NCBI GenBank assembly: GCA_963665115.1
Contig: OY762007.1
Span: 7,584,001 to 7,648,000, forward strand
Direction: 5' to 3'
DNA from: an uncultured Rivularia sp.
Lineage (GTDB): Bacteria > Cyanobacteriota > Cyanobacteriia > Cyanobacteriales > Nostocaceae
Length of the DNA stretch: 64,000 nt
The notes under the pieces were generated by a model, which saw only the letters and a program-made list of their open reading frames with translations, did no database searches and was not told the origin of the DNA. Positions 20,424 to 30,574 of the stretch are shown here, one piece after another (the first letter of the stretch is position 1; each line of letters opens with the position of its first letter). The position numbers and the translations under genes are program-made.

Positions 20424-21164
20424 CTAACTCATAACTCTTTTAATCCACTCCAAAGCACTCTCAACATCTTCCACCCATTCTCCTTGTGGAAGCATCGGGC
20501 GTTTCACCATCACCACTTTTATTCCCAACTCTCGCGCAGCAATGATTTTTGCATAAGTTGCATCACCACCACTATTTTTACTGACAACAGTATCAATATT
20601 ATGTTTATCTAATAATTGCTTTTCTAAATCCTTATCAAAAGGTCCCCGTTCGAGTAAAAGTAATCCTTTTGGTAATACAATATCTGATGATGGTTTCTCG
20701 ATCGATCGCATCAAAAACCAAATATTTTCAAGTTGTGAAAAAGCAGTTACTTCTTGCCTACCAATTGTTAAAAATACTCGCTTTGACAAACTGGGTAAAA
20801 TTTCTACTGCTGATTTTATATTTTCCACTTCTATCCACTCATCACCTTGAATAGCTTCCCATTGCTGACGAATTAACATCAATCGCGGTATTCCTAAATT
20901 TTCTGCTGCTATAGCTGCATTCTGGGATATTTTCGCTGCAAAAGGATGTGTAGCATCGATGAGCAAATCAATCTTTTCTGATTCCAAATATTCAATTAAT
21001 CCTGTAACACCACCAAAACCACCGATACGCAAATTTTTGGATGCAGCAGCTTGACTAGTGCGGCCTGCCAAAGATATTTTTACTTCTATACTTGTTAGAT
21101 TAGCAGCCTTTTTTGCTAATTCCGAAGCTTCCTGAGTTCCACCGAGAATTAATATTTTTAACAA
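20424..21164 (-). CDS. cobK: Cobalt-precorrin-6A/precorrin-6X reductase
   Basis: ILILGGT.EA, GGFGG, IDATHPFA, SKNSGG, K..AAR.LG. Confidence 0.93.
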   Translation of the reverse strand: MLKILILGGTQEASELAKKAANLTSIEVKISLAGRTSQAAASKNLRIGGFGGVTGLIEYLESEKIDLLIDATHPFAAKISQNAAIAAENLGIPRLMLIRQQWEAIQGDEWIEVENIKSAVEILPSLSKRVFLTIGRQEVTAFSQLENIWFLMRSIEKPSSDIVLPKGLLLLERGPFDKDLEKQLLDKHNIDTVVSKNSGGDATYAKIIAARELGIKVVMVKRPMLPQGEWVEDVESALEWIKRVMS

Positions 21165-21167
21165 GTT

Positions 21168-21401
21168 CTATCCTAAAGCATCAAAATATCCTTGCATATA
21201 ACAATAACCATATATTTCATTTTTATTTACGGCTGTTTTTTGTAAATAGTTTTTAGCGATATAGTATCCCTTTAGATAAGCATTATACCCAATGCCGTTT
21301 TGACAATCCTTTCTAGTAAAGTTATTAGCATTTTCTTGACAAGATATAAGAAAGCAAGAAAAAGTCAAACAAGTTAAACAGATGAGATATTTATTAAACA
21401 T
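21168..21401 (-). CDS. Small putative lipoprotein, unknown function
   Basis: 77 aa with a signal-like N-terminus and lipobox-like LISC; very AT-rich; stop 3 bp before cobK start. Confidence 0.45.
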   Translation of the reverse strand: MFNKYLICLTCLTFSCFLISCQENANNFTRKDCQNGIGYNAYLKGYYIAKNYLQKTAVNKNEIYGYCYMQGYFDALG

Positions 21402-21537
21402 ATTCTAGAATAATTATTAATGGGTTAAAATTTAATTTCATATTAAAGACTACTTTAAATGAGAAATATCTTACTATAGCAGTTATAAGTTAAATCTCAA
21501 ATTCAAATATTTCAATATATTACAAAATAAAAAACAT

Positions 21538-21569
21538 AAAAAAACCCAGTTGCTTTCACACAACCGGGC
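21538..21569 (-). terminator. Rho-independent terminator after hspA
   Basis: On the minus strand GCCCGGTTG-loop-CAACTGGGT followed by a T run. Confidence 0.75.
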
Positions 21570-21612
21570 AAATTCATTCAACTATCCAGAACACTTTGTT
21601 ACCACGCTTACA

Positions 21613-22065
21613 TTATGCGTTGGTTTGCTCAAGGTTAACTTTTACTACTTTATTCTTTTCTTCTTGAGCTTTAGGTAAATGTAAATTCAAAATACCGTCT
21701 TTATAATCAGCCTTGACATCGGCATTTTGGATGCGGGCTGGTAAAGGAATGACGCGCTCAAACTTACCATAACGGAACTCACTTCTTTTAGTACCGTTTT
21801 CTTCGGTGGTAGTTTCTTCCTTGCGCTCCCCTCGAATAGAAACCGCTTGTTCGGTAACTTGAATATCCAAGTCTTTTGCATTCATACCTGGAACTTCTAA
21901 CTTCAAGTTAACAGCGTCGTCGGTTTCCGATAATTCAGCCGCAGGGACTTTAGAAATAGTACCAAAATCGGAACTCTCTGGAGCAATCATGTCGTCAAAT
22001 AAACGATTGAAGCTTCTTTGTAAAGCGTTCATTTCGTGCCAAGGATTGTAACGAATTAAAGCCAT
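21613..22065 (-). CDS. hspA: Small heat-shock protein (Hsp20/alpha-crystallin)
   Basis: MALIRYNPW, PAAEL.ET, LEVPG, SEFRYGKF.R.IPLP, A.YKDGIL.L.LPK. Confidence 0.93.
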   Translation of the reverse strand: MALIRYNPWHEMNALQRSFNRLFDDMIAPESSDFGTISKVPAAELSETDDAVNLKLEVPGMNAKDLDIQVTEQAVSIRGERKEETTTEENGTKRSEFRYGKFERVIPLPARIQNADVKADYKDGILNLHLPKAQEEKNKVVKVNLEQTNA

Positions 22066-22159
22066 GTTGATTAACCTCTATAAAACAAATTAATTTCGAG
22101 TTGTGTGTCTTAGTTGCCTGTCTTGATTACTATATTAATGAAAGTAAAAGGTAGTGTAG

Positions 22160-22260
22160 ATTCGGTTTATATGACAAATTAAATGAAGAAAACCGACCAA
22201 TTTCAAGTAGATAAGATTATGTTCGGTTAACAGTAAAAACTTCAGTACGGTAAACCATAA
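22160..22260. promoter_or_regulatory. Four degenerate K-box-like (GTTCGG-N4-CCNNAC) motifs upstream of hspA
   Basis: ATTCGG-TTTA-TATGAC 22160; ATGAAG-AAAA-CCGACC 22183; GTTCGG-TTAA-CAGTAA 22221; GTACGG-TAAA-CCATAA 22245. Confidence 0.5.
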
Positions 22261-22342
22261 ACAATGTAGAGACGCGATATATCACGTCTCTACAAATGTA
22301 TAAAAATATTTTTAGTGCAATAATTCAACTAACAAACATCGT

Positions 22343-22750
22343 CTAAACAGATGCTACTGGCGTTTTAGCAGTCAACTCCGCATCAGCTTTTTCAAGTTCC
22401 GGTTCAGTTGCCACAATATGCTCTTCTAAAATTGCTAAATTGCGAATATTGGATTTATAAAAAGCATCAAATACGTCACCGAGTAAAGGTACCGTACCAA
22501 CAACAAATTCCAAACCAACATTAAAAATCATCTTCTTGAGGTTATCATTCGATACACCAACGCGAGTTGCCATATAAATAATGTAACCAGAAATTATCGT
22601 ACTGATAATATCTCCAGCACCGGGAACTAAACCGAGAATTGGATCTAAACCAATGCGAAATTTCGTACCGGGAATACCGATGGCAGTATCCATCAGCCGA
22701 CTGAATTTACGAATTCGGTTAAGAGTAGCGAGTTTTTTTGCAGTATCCAT
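22343..22750 (-). CDS. DUF4112 domain membrane protein
   Basis: MD.AI.IPGT.FRIGLDPILGL.PG.GD and G.VP..GD.FD..YK.N.RN pattern. Confidence 0.85.
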   Translation of the reverse strand: MDTAKKLATLNRIRKFSRLMDTAIGIPGTKFRIGLDPILGLVPGAGDIISTIISGYIIYMATRVGVSNDNLKKMIFNVGLEFVVGTVPLLGDVFDAFYKSNIRNLAILEEHIVATEPELEKADAELTAKTPVASV

Positions 22751-22871
22751 AATTAATATATTTGCATTAATTACTAATCTATGTCTTATATCGTGGGAAA
22801 GAATATGTGAATTAAGAAACTCTATAAAAAGATATGATTTTGGGTGTTGTTGATTCGCAGTATTAATAATA

Positions 22872-22950
22872 AATTACGCAAAAGCTTATTGGAAGGAGTA
22901 CCTCAGTCGTGAGAAAATTTAGAACACTAGATGAATTTGAAGAAGAGTAA
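22872..22950 (+). pseudogene. Possible remnant of a type II toxin-antitoxin junction (toxin C-terminus overlapping antitoxin N-terminus)
   Basis: Frame NYAKAYWKEYLSREKI* (22872-22922) overlaps GTG-start MRKFRTLDEFEEE* (22909-22950), which is preceded by AGGAG. Confidence 0.4.
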
Positions 22951-23183
22951 CTGCACGCAAGCACCTTAAAAGAGTTGAGCAACAGGAAAAAGAACGACGC
23001 AGACGAGAATTACTTGGAGATTAACTAACCTATTAGCCCACGCAGGTGGGCTTCGTTTGTGTAGCCCCACAATTCCATTCTGAGGGCGATTATTTTTGGG
23101 TAAAGAGCTAATTCAAAAACTACTAAATCTTTCCAAAAATATTTTTTACAAAAACTTCTATAATTACATCGCAAGTAAAATCT

Positions 23184-23795
23184 CTACCAAATACTACTCA
23201 AATCCAACACAAAACCAGATAAAATATCTTCACCACTCAACGTTGAAGGATTATCTAATTCCTCAACCGCAGTATTTGGACGATAAATATAAACTTTACG
23301 TTCTTTTCTATCAATTAACCATCCCAATTTTGCACCGTTATTAATATATTCGACCATCTTGTCTTGCAAAACTTTTAAACTATCGCTTTCCGAACGCAAT
23401 TCAACTACAAATTCAGGAGTTAGAGGAGCGAATTTTTTACGTTTATCTACAGGAATTGCTTCCCAATCTGTTTTTTTAATCCAAGCAGCATCGGGGGAAC
23501 GTACAGCACCGTTGGGTAATGTAAAACCACCACTCGAACCAAAACCTACACCCGTACCGTCTTGCTTTTTCCATATACCTAATTGTCCAATTAATTCAAA
23601 ATTTCGTTGGTCATTTTCTGAATTTGTAGGGGAAGCAATAATAATTTCTCCATTAGCTTTTCTTTCGATGCGGAAATTCTTATTTAGCTGACAAAAATTA
23701 AATAATTGCTCATCCGTCATGCTAATAACGGGATGAAATTTCAACACCATTGGAATAACTTCTGTTGCGATTGGTAATTGTGCAGTCATTTTCAA
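23184..23795 (-). CDS. Uma2 family endonuclease-like protein
   Basis: GF.LPNGA.RSPDAAW, P.FVVELRS.SD, KM.EY..NG..LGWLID. Confidence 0.9.
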   Translation of the reverse strand: MKMTAQLPIATEVIPMVLKFHPVISMTDEQLFNFCQLNKNFRIERKANGEIIIASPTNSENDQRNFELIGQLGIWKKQDGTGVGFGSSGGFTLPNGAVRSPDAAWIKKTDWEAIPVDKRKKFAPLTPEFVVELRSESDSLKVLQDKMVEYINNGAKLGWLIDRKERKVYIYRPNTAVEELDNPSTLSGEDILSGFVLDLSSIW

Positions 23796-23820
23796 CCTCG
23801 CCGATTGTCTTACTTTTATT

Positions 23821-24921
23821 CTAGAATTGCTCCCGACAAATCACCTCCCCTTTTCTGTCAAACAAAATCACTCCAACTTTCATTTCCACATCCGCATACT
23901 TTTTCACATAACCTTCCGCTTTCCGACTTATCTTTTCTGCCAAATTACCAAACACCGCATCCGCTAAACCCGATTCAATCAACTTTTTATGCGCTTCATC
24001 AGCCGTCTTCACCTGCAAAACAGCCCGCACAGTTTCAATATCTCCCCCAACTTCCACCACCGCAGCAGCAATAATTTCCAACTTCGCATCAGCAATATGA
24101 CTCGAAGTATTGAAAATTCCACCTGCTAACTTAATTAACTTTCCCTGATAGCCCAACAACAATACTGATTCAGCTTTATACAATCCCGCTTCCACCAGCA
24201 AAGCTCCTAACCAATTACCTGTAGGAACTATCGCCGATTCCGGAATAGATAATTTTTCCGCCACAGAGTAGCCATTCGCACCTATGCAAAAAACTAAATT
24301 GGGATTACTTTTAACCTTCTCTCGCAAAATACCGCGAAACTCTTCCAAATGCTCCGCAGCGGAAAGCGGCTTAGAAATACCGCTAGTTCCCAACAAAGCC
24401 AAACCTTCCAAAATTCCAAAAGCTTCATTAGAAGTACGTTTTGCTAATTCCCTGCCTTGAGGAAGAATAATTTTGACAGTAGCGATTTTATCTTCAGGTA
24501 TTAAAGGTAATAAATTCGTCTCAAATAAACGACGCGCAAAACTGTAAATCGCAGCTTCCCCCGCAGCAGTTTTCCCCAAACCTTCCCCAGCTTCCAGGTT
24601 CAATATTTGTTCTTGTGTTTCTTCTTTAATTTCTCCTTTTCGCGGCGATAATTTTACCAACGCCCAAATAGGAGTATTTCTAGTTAAATCTAAATTATCA
24701 CCGGGATTGCTCAGGGCGATCGCCAAAGCAGCATTACTATCCAAAACAGCAACTTGCTCTATCGGAATTTCTGCATTTTCATCAAGTAAATCAAGAGAAA
24801 CCGACGATATTTTTTCTGGACTTTTTTCTAAATGACTTTTTAAGTTAATCAAAGCAGCCTTCGCAGCAGCTACCGCGAAGACGGGTAAAGTGTAACCGGG
24901 AAGGGGAGATTGGGGAGACAA
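23821..24921 (-). CDS. cbiD: Cobalt-precorrin-5B C1-methyltransferase
   Basis: GYTLPVFA.AAA.AA, PGDNLDLTR, RTSN.AFGI..GL..LGTSGI, GKLIKLAGGIF.T..H.AD. Confidence 0.92.
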   Translation of the reverse strand: MSPQSPLPGYTLPVFAVAAAKAALINLKSHLEKSPEKISSVSLDLLDENAEIPIEQVAVLDSNAALAIALSNPGDNLDLTRNTPIWALVKLSPRKGEIKEETQEQILNLEAGEGLGKTAAGEAAIYSFARRLFETNLLPLIPEDKIATVKIILPQGRELAKRTSNEAFGILEGLALLGTSGISKPLSAAEHLEEFRGILREKVKSNPNLVFCIGANGYSVAEKLSIPESAIVPTGNWLGALLVEAGLYKAESVLLLGYQGKLIKLAGGIFNTSSHIADAKLEIIAAAVVEVGGDIETVRAVLQVKTADEAHKKLIESGLADAVFGNLAEKISRKAEGYVKKYADVEMKVGVILFDRKGEVICREQF

Positions 24922-25053
24922 GGGGATAAAGTTATGAGTTAAGAATTAGGAGTGTAGAGACGTAGCACTGCTACGTCTGTTATTAAGTTAGGAGTTAGGA
25001 ATTATTAGTTTTAAATTTTTCAATGCCCAATGCCCCATGCCCCATTCCCAACT

Positions 25054-25443
25054 TTAAACATTTGGTATTCTTGCTAAAACACCTTTTTTCAATGCTTGCG
25101 GGCGTTCAGACCAAGGCATTTGACCATCTGGTTTCTGATAATATAAACTTGCACATTCTAAGACTGCGGCTGATGTGTCGGAAAGTGCTTCTGAATCACG
25201 ATCTAGATCGCCAAATAAGTATGTCATTTTACCTGGTGCGGTAAAAGCTACCGCGCAAGAATGACTGCAAGCACTCATGCATTCTACAGATTTAACTGTA
25301 AATTCTTCTGATAGCGTCCAATCTTGGTGTTTTTCTTCGAGTTCTTTTAATAGTTTTTCACCACCGCTGGTACCTATACGCTTTCCGTCTTGCCAAGTAC
25401 TAGCACAGCTAGAGCAAACTAAAATTGTGTGTTGATTTGTCAT
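25054..25443 (-). CDS. DUF1636 family thioredoxin-like putative metal/FeS-binding protein
   Basis: VCSSC, VECMSACSHSC, K.TYLFGDL, RP..L..G..ARIP; adjacent to cbiD. Confidence 0.8.
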   Translation of the reverse strand: MTNQHTILVCSSCASTWQDGKRIGTSGGEKLLKELEEKHQDWTLSEEFTVKSVECMSACSHSCAVAFTAPGKMTYLFGDLDRDSEALSDTSAAVLECASLYYQKPDGQMPWSERPQALKKGVLARIPNV

Positions 25444-25587
25444 TTTTATCGTATCTATAAATTTCTATAAAAGCATTCTTCTACCGTGACCTCATAGATT
25501 AACATCATTTGTGCCAACTGCAAGACTTTATCTTTAAAATCCTTAATTGAAAATTTTTATAGATTAATTGAGAATATTGAAAAATAC

Positions 25588-25620
25588 AGAAACCCGTTAT
25601 CTCGAAGATACCGGGTTTCT
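25588..25620. terminator. Hairpin AGAAACCCG...CGGGTTTCT downstream of the M50 protease (terminator or dispersed palindromic repeat)
   Basis: Inverted repeat seen directly. Confidence 0.5.
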
Positions 25621-25679
25621 TAACTTCGGGATTTTTACAACTGACAATTGATGCGTGACTTACCTCTAACCTTTAACCT

Positions 25680-26891
25680 CTAACCTTTAACCTCTAAAGT
25701 CGATTTCGCTATCATTCCCAATTGAAATCCAGGTGGATAGCTCCCTTCTTCTTTAACTCTCTTAATATCAGCATCGGCAATGCGTAAATTTAATTTTTGT
25801 CCCAATGAGCGTAAAATATCACCTCTATCTATTAAACCCGCGATTGCCCCTGCTGGTGAAAGCACGGTAAGGCGCTGCAATTTATCCTTTTCTAATTTAG
25901 TAATGACTTCCACTAAACTTGTCGATTCTTCCACGGAGGGAATTTCATTCAAAGGACTTACTATGCTTTGCACGGTTTGAGTTTCCCACAAACTTCTTTC
26001 TATAATTCGCAAATCATCTACACAAACCATTCCTTGATAACGCCCATCTCTATCCGCGAAAAAGACTTGCGGTTGATTGCTTGCTAACAAATATTCATCT
26101 GCAAAACAACGCAAACTTTTATCTGCATCAACGACACGAAATTCCCTAGTCATCGCATCGCTAGCAACCATTTCCAATAAGGTTTCCTGTAACTGACTGA
26201 CGCGCAGATAACTAGTAGCGTTGCGGATACCAAACCAACCCAACAGAGCAATCCACAAACCCGTTATTAATTCACCTGTCTGGTAATCTACTACCAAACC
26301 CAACGCGATCGCAGCATAACCTAAAATTTGTCCCGCTCTAGCTGCTAAACGTACTGCCTTATAACGGTTTCCCGTCGCTTTCCAGAATGCTGCTTTTAAA
26401 ACTTGTCCGCCATCGAGAGGTAAGCCGGGAATTAAATTAAATAACGCTAATACCAAATTAATTCTTGCTAAATCCCCTAACATCGTATGTAGGGCAATGG
26501 TATCGGGTATAGCTGCTGACATCAAACTGAGTAAAACAAACAATCCGATACTTACTAAAGGACCGGCGATCGCCACTTGAAATGCTTGTCCAGGAGTCTT
26601 CGATTCTTCTTCTATAGCAGCGATTCCGCCAAACAAAAATAGAGTAATTGAATTAACTTTAATCCCCTGCTTTTGTGCTACCAAACTATGACCCAATTCA
26701 TGTAAAATTACCGAACCAAACAGCAGCAGTGCCATTATGATTCCAGCACTCCAACCTTGAACGGTTCCCAACTCCTGATAAGATGCTCCAAAATTCAGCG
26801 TAGCTAAACCTAGAATCAAAAACCATAAAGGATCTAAATATAGTGGAATTCCAAATAAGGAGCCTATTCGCCAATTTGAACTTGTTTGCAT
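25680..26891 (-). CDS. Site-2 (M50) intramembrane zinc metalloprotease with CBS domains
   Basis: HELGH, AGP, NLIPGLPLDGG motifs; C-terminal CBS pair. Confidence 0.92.
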   Translation of the reverse strand: MQTSSNWRIGSLFGIPLYLDPLWFLILGLATLNFGASYQELGTVQGWSAGIIMALLLFGSVILHELGHSLVAQKQGIKVNSITLFLFGGIAAIEEESKTPGQAFQVAIAGPLVSIGLFVLLSLMSAAIPDTIALHTMLGDLARINLVLALFNLIPGLPLDGGQVLKAAFWKATGNRYKAVRLAARAGQILGYAAIALGLVVDYQTGELITGLWIALLGWFGIRNATSYLRVSQLQETLLEMVASDAMTREFRVVDADKSLRCFADEYLLASNQPQVFFADRDGRYQGMVCVDDLRIIERSLWETQTVQSIVSPLNEIPSVEESTSLVEVITKLEKDKLQRLTVLSPAGAIAGLIDRGDILRSLGQKLNLRIADADIKRVKEEGSYPPGFQLGMIAKSTLEVKG

Positions 26892-27215
26892 AAAATTTGT
26901 CCTAAACCAGATTTTCTTAAACTCAGTTCAAAATGCAATTATTTTTAATAAAATTTAATCTTTTACTTAAAACACAAATTACAGAAAATGCTTTTGAACC
27001 ACTCTATCTTCTAGGATAAACAATTAATCAAATGCAATATTGGATTTCTTATTCGGTAAACTTCACTTTTATGGTTCGGTTTAAAGAGTTAGGAATTGGG
27101 GATTGGGGATCGGGTATGGGGCATTGGGCATTGGGGATTGGGAATAGTTAGGAGTTAAGAGTCATTTATTCTTCCCCCATCTCCCTATCTCCCCCTCTCC
27201 CAATCCCCTAAGCTT

Positions 27216-27485
27216 CTACAGGCGACCGATATTAGTCAATCCCAACACAATACCTATACCGATAACGTGACCAAAGCACATAGCGCCAACAAATGCTGGT
27301 GCGCTTAGAGGCAAAGGTCCTGGAAATTTAGGCCCTACTTGGGGATAGCTAATAATCTTGGGAGCTAATAAAACCATTACTAGACAAGAAACGCTAATAA
27401 TGATTCCTACAGCAGGATTCCAACTAGGTGTAGGGGGAACTGTTGGTTGAACTGCAAATAATATTGATGAAATTGATGAAATCAA
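27216..27485 (-). CDS. psaK: Photosystem I reaction centre subunit PsaK
   Basis: Two TM helices, I.YPQVGP and FGH.IG.GIVLGL.N.G.L. Confidence 0.88.
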   Translation of the reverse strand: MISSISSILFAVQPTVPPTPSWNPAVGIIISVSCLVMVLLAPKIISYPQVGPKFPGPLPLSAPAFVGAMCFGHVIGIGIVLGLTNIGRL

Positions 27486-27626
27486 AACTTTATTCTCCTG
27501 AATGAAGAGACAAATAATCTAAACCATCAAAATTATAAAAATTGCTGAGACAATAATCTAAAGATGTCTTAAGAATTTACAATTTTTTGAAGTTTCGCTA
27601 CAAATATTAATAATTTCAATAATTCT

Positions 27627-28253
27627 ATGCGAGTAAAAATCTGCGGAATCACTCAACCTATTCAGGGTAAAACCATTGCTTCTCTTGGTGCGACAGCATT
27701 AGGGTTTATTTGCGTACCTTCATCACCAAGGTACGTAACTTCAGAGCAAATTAAGGCGGTAATCGAGCAGTTACCGCAACAAACCGATAAAATCGGCGTT
27801 TTTGCCAACTCTAGCAAAGAAGAAATCGCTCAAACTGTTGCGGAAACTGGATTGACAGGCGTACAACTCCACGGAGATGAATCGCTTGAGTTTTGTCAAC
27901 AACTGCGTCAATCTTTACCAAATGTAGAAATCATCAAAGCCTTACGAATCAAGGATGCTGATGATTTTGAAAAAGCAAAAACCTATACGAAATATGTAGA
28001 TACCTTATTACTTGATGCTTATCATCCCCAACAATTGGGAGGTACGGGTAAAACTTTGAATTGGGATACATTGGGGCAATTCAGTCCCGATTGTCCTTGG
28101 TTTTTGGCTGGAGGATTAACCCCCCAAAACGTTTTAGAAGCCCTAAACAAAGTAAACCCCAGCGGCATTGATTTATCAAGCGGAGTTGAAACAGCCCCTG
28201 GGGATAAGGATTTGGGTAAGGTTGGTGAGTTGTTTGAGAAACTGAAGAAGTAA
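27627..28253 (+). CDS. trpF: Phosphoribosylanthranilate isomerase
   Basis: VKICGIT, S.RYV, QLHGDE, LLD, GGTG, LAGGL.P.NV, DLSSGVE. Confidence 0.96.
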   Translation: MRVKICGITQPIQGKTIASLGATALGFICVPSSPRYVTSEQIKAVIEQLPQQTDKIGVFANSSKEEIAQTVAETGLTGVQLHGDESLEFCQQLRQSLPNVEIIKALRIKDADDFEKAKTYTKYVDTLLLDAYHPQQLGGTGKTLNWDTLGQFSPDCPWFLAGGLTPQNVLEALNKVNPSGIDLSSGVETAPGDKDLGKVGELFEKLKK

Positions 28254-28328
28254 GGGATGGGGGATGGGGAGACAAGGGGACAAGGAGACAAGGGGAGACA
28301 AAGGAAATTTAACCTTTAACCTTAATAG

Positions 28329-28472
28329 CTCCCTACTCCCTACTCCTAACTCCCTACTCCTAACTCCCAACTCCCAACTCCCAACTCCCTACTCCCTACT
28401 CCCTACTCCCAACTCCTAACTCCCTACTCCCAACTCCTAACTCCCTACTCCCTACTCCCTACTCCCTACTCC
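28329..28472. repeat. STRR-type heptamer tandem array (CTCCCTA/CTCCTAA/CTCCCAA, about 20 units); shorter arrays near 6243, 15030, 16148, 17735, 27091, 34821, 53255, 58085, 58815, 62290
   Basis: Direct 7-bp periodicity; typical of heterocystous cyanobacteria. Confidence 0.9.
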
Positions 28473-29180
28473 TTAAAAGAACGCTGGTTGGTGACGAATT
28501 AAACTGAAGAATTCTTCACGGGTTTTCTGTTCTTGCTCAAATACTCCTAGCATGGCGCTAGTTACAGTCCAAGAGCCTGGTTTCTGTACTCCCCGCATTG
28601 TCATGCACGTGTGTGTAGCTTCCATGACAACGGCAACGCCCTGTGGATCGAGAATTTCTTGAATGGCTTCGGCTATTTGGCGGTTTAATCTTTCTTGTAC
28701 TTGCAATCGACGAGAGTACATTTCTACAACTCGAGCTAGTTTGCTCAGCCCTACAACTTTTTGATTGGGGATATAAGCGACGTGGGCTTTACCCATGAAT
28801 GGCAACATATGATGTTCGCACAAACTAAAGAAGTTGATATCGCGAACTAACACCATTTCGTTGTGCCCTTCGTCAAATATGGCACCGTTAACTAAGTCTT
28901 CCAATGATTGACTGTAGCCGCTAGTCAGAAACCGCATTGATTCTGCTACGCGCTTGGGTGTTTTGAGTAATCCTTCTCTTTCTGGATCTTCTCCAACTCC
29001 TAAAAGCATTGTTCTTACGGCATCCTTCATCTGCTCCATCTGCTCCTCTGAGGGAGGATCTAAATTGGGTTGGGAACCATCTTTAGTATTTCTGTCTGGC
29101 CTGGGATTTACAGCATCTTCTAAGTTGGGAATCAGAGGAGATTGAGAACGATCGGAACCGTTAGAACTAGCAATAGTCAT
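28473..29180 (-). CDS. folE: GTP cyclohydrolase I
   Basis: [39 protein letters not shown]. Confidence 0.96.
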   Translation of the reverse strand: MTIASSNGSDRSQSPLIPNLEDAVNPRPDRNTKDGSQPNLDPPSEEQMEQMKDAVRTMLLGVGEDPEREGLLKTPKRVAESMRFLTSGYSQSLEDLVNGAIFDEGHNEMVLVRDINFFSLCEHHMLPFMGKAHVAYIPNQKVVGLSKLARVVEMYSRRLQVQERLNRQIAEAIQEILDPQGVAVVMEATHTCMTMRGVQKPGSWTVTSAMLGVFEQEQKTREEFFSLIRHQPAFF

Positions 29181-29465
29181 GATTTCAGTCTGAATGAAAA
29201 TTCAACAAATGAGTGATTTTTTGAAGGTAGTTAACATTTAGCATTTAGCAGTTACCTCTCTAGTTTTTGGCTACTCCCATCGGCTTTTAGCCACGGGATT
29301 CAGACATTAATTAACCCCCAACCCTTCGCTAAGAAGGGGGGCTTTGTGTAAGTGCCAATTTACTACAAATTACTAATCGGTTGTTAATTAATAACTGAGA
29401 AAAAGGTAGTTAATAACTAGGTAACTGTTAACTGATAACTGTTAACTGATAAACTGATAACTGAT

Positions 29466-30185
29466 TTATAGAACTCCCGCGCTGGGCATCAAAGTTAATT
29501 CATCTACAACTGCTTGTTTTGGTAACAATGCGGTGTGGAGAATTGACTGAGCAACAATTTCAGGTGTAAGCATATTTGAACGATTGAAGTCCGCGTTTAC
29601 GGTTTCTGTATCCCAGATTTCTGTATTTACCGCACCGGGACAAATAGCTGTTACACGAATTCCGTTGGCGCGTTCTTCTTGAGCAAGGGCTTGAGAAAGA
29701 GCAATTACGCCTGCTTTGCTAACACTGTAAGCGCCCCAGTTGGCAAATGCTTGTTTACCCGCAATAGAAGCTACGTTAATAATTGTGCCTCTATTTTGCT
29801 CGCGCATTGAGGGTAAAATTCCCTTAATACACTCAAATACGCTTGTAAGGTTCAAATCGATTACTTGCTGCCAGTCGGATAAAGGTGTTTCGCTCAATGT
29901 GCCGGTATAACCCATGCCAGCATTGTTAACAAGAATATCTATGTTACCATCGAGGACTATTCGACGGATGTTTTCTTTTACATCAGATACCTTTGCCAAA
30001 TCTACAACATAAGTTTTAGCCTTGACTCCTGTTTTTATAACAGCGTTTTCTACTGCTGCTAATTTTTCGGCAGAACGACCTATTAAGGCAACATCTATTC
30101 CTGAAGATGCAAATGCCAAAGCTGTTTCTCTGCCGATACCGCTACTTGCACCCGTAATCAAAGCACGTTTTTTAAGTTCGGCCAT
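29466..30185 (-). CDS. SDR family oxidoreductase
   Basis: TGASSGIG, NNAG, YSVSK; conserved position between accA and folE. Confidence 0.92.
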   Translation of the reverse strand: MAELKKRALITGASSGIGRETALAFASSGIDVALIGRSAEKLAAVENAVIKTGVKAKTYVVDLAKVSDVKENIRRIVLDGNIDILVNNAGMGYTGTLSETPLSDWQQVIDLNLTSVFECIKGILPSMREQNRGTIINVASIAGKQAFANWGAYSVSKAGVIALSQALAQEERANGIRVTAICPGAVNTEIWDTETVNADFNRSNMLTPEIVAQSILHTALLPKQAVVDELTLMPSAGVL

Positions 30186-30461
30186 ACTGTTATTTTAAAA
30201 TAGGTGGTTTAAGCTACTCCAGCCTAAAACATCTTGAGAATCTCAAACAAATCAAAAGATGCAGTCATAATCTTGCACAAGTGCTATATTTGACTTCCAA
30301 CGTTGAGTTTTTTACTAATTTTTACTAAATATCCTTGCAGCAATTTTTTATAAACAACAAGCAGGATTTAGTACTTCATTTTCAAGGACTAAATGCAAAA
30401 AACTGGTTAATCAAGAACCAATTAATAAATGTATTTTCCAATAACTAATTATTAGTCATCA

Positions 30462-30540
30462 GTTATAAATACCTATGGCAACAATAATAATTGTTATAAA
30501 CAACTATTAAGAACTATTAAGTGCCATAGGTAATTATAAC
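30462..30540. other. 19-bp inverted repeat (18/19 match) downstream of accA
   Basis: GTTATAAATACCTATGGCA (30462-30480) pairs with TGCCATAGGTAATTATAAC (30522-30540). Confidence 0.6.
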
Positions 30541-30574
30541 ATTACCGAGCGACTATAATATTTAGGAACGAAAG

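Noticed and set aside
25444..25530. Possible cobalamin riboswitch upstream of DUF1636-cbiD (GAGGTCACGG on the minus strand)
   Set aside because: No recognisable B12-box or GGGAA core is visible; at most a remnant. Rfam cmscan would decide.
28329..28472. Long tandem repeat and the ORFs 28176..28370, 28022..28291 and 28081..28275
   Set aside because: Ordinary STRR heptamers; the ORFs are repeat-derived or antisense to trpF.
29275..29299. Hairpin TCCCATCGGCTTTTAGCCACGGGA resembling an IS200/IS605 end
   Set aside because: Single short imperfect hairpin with no tnpA/tnpB or partner end nearby.
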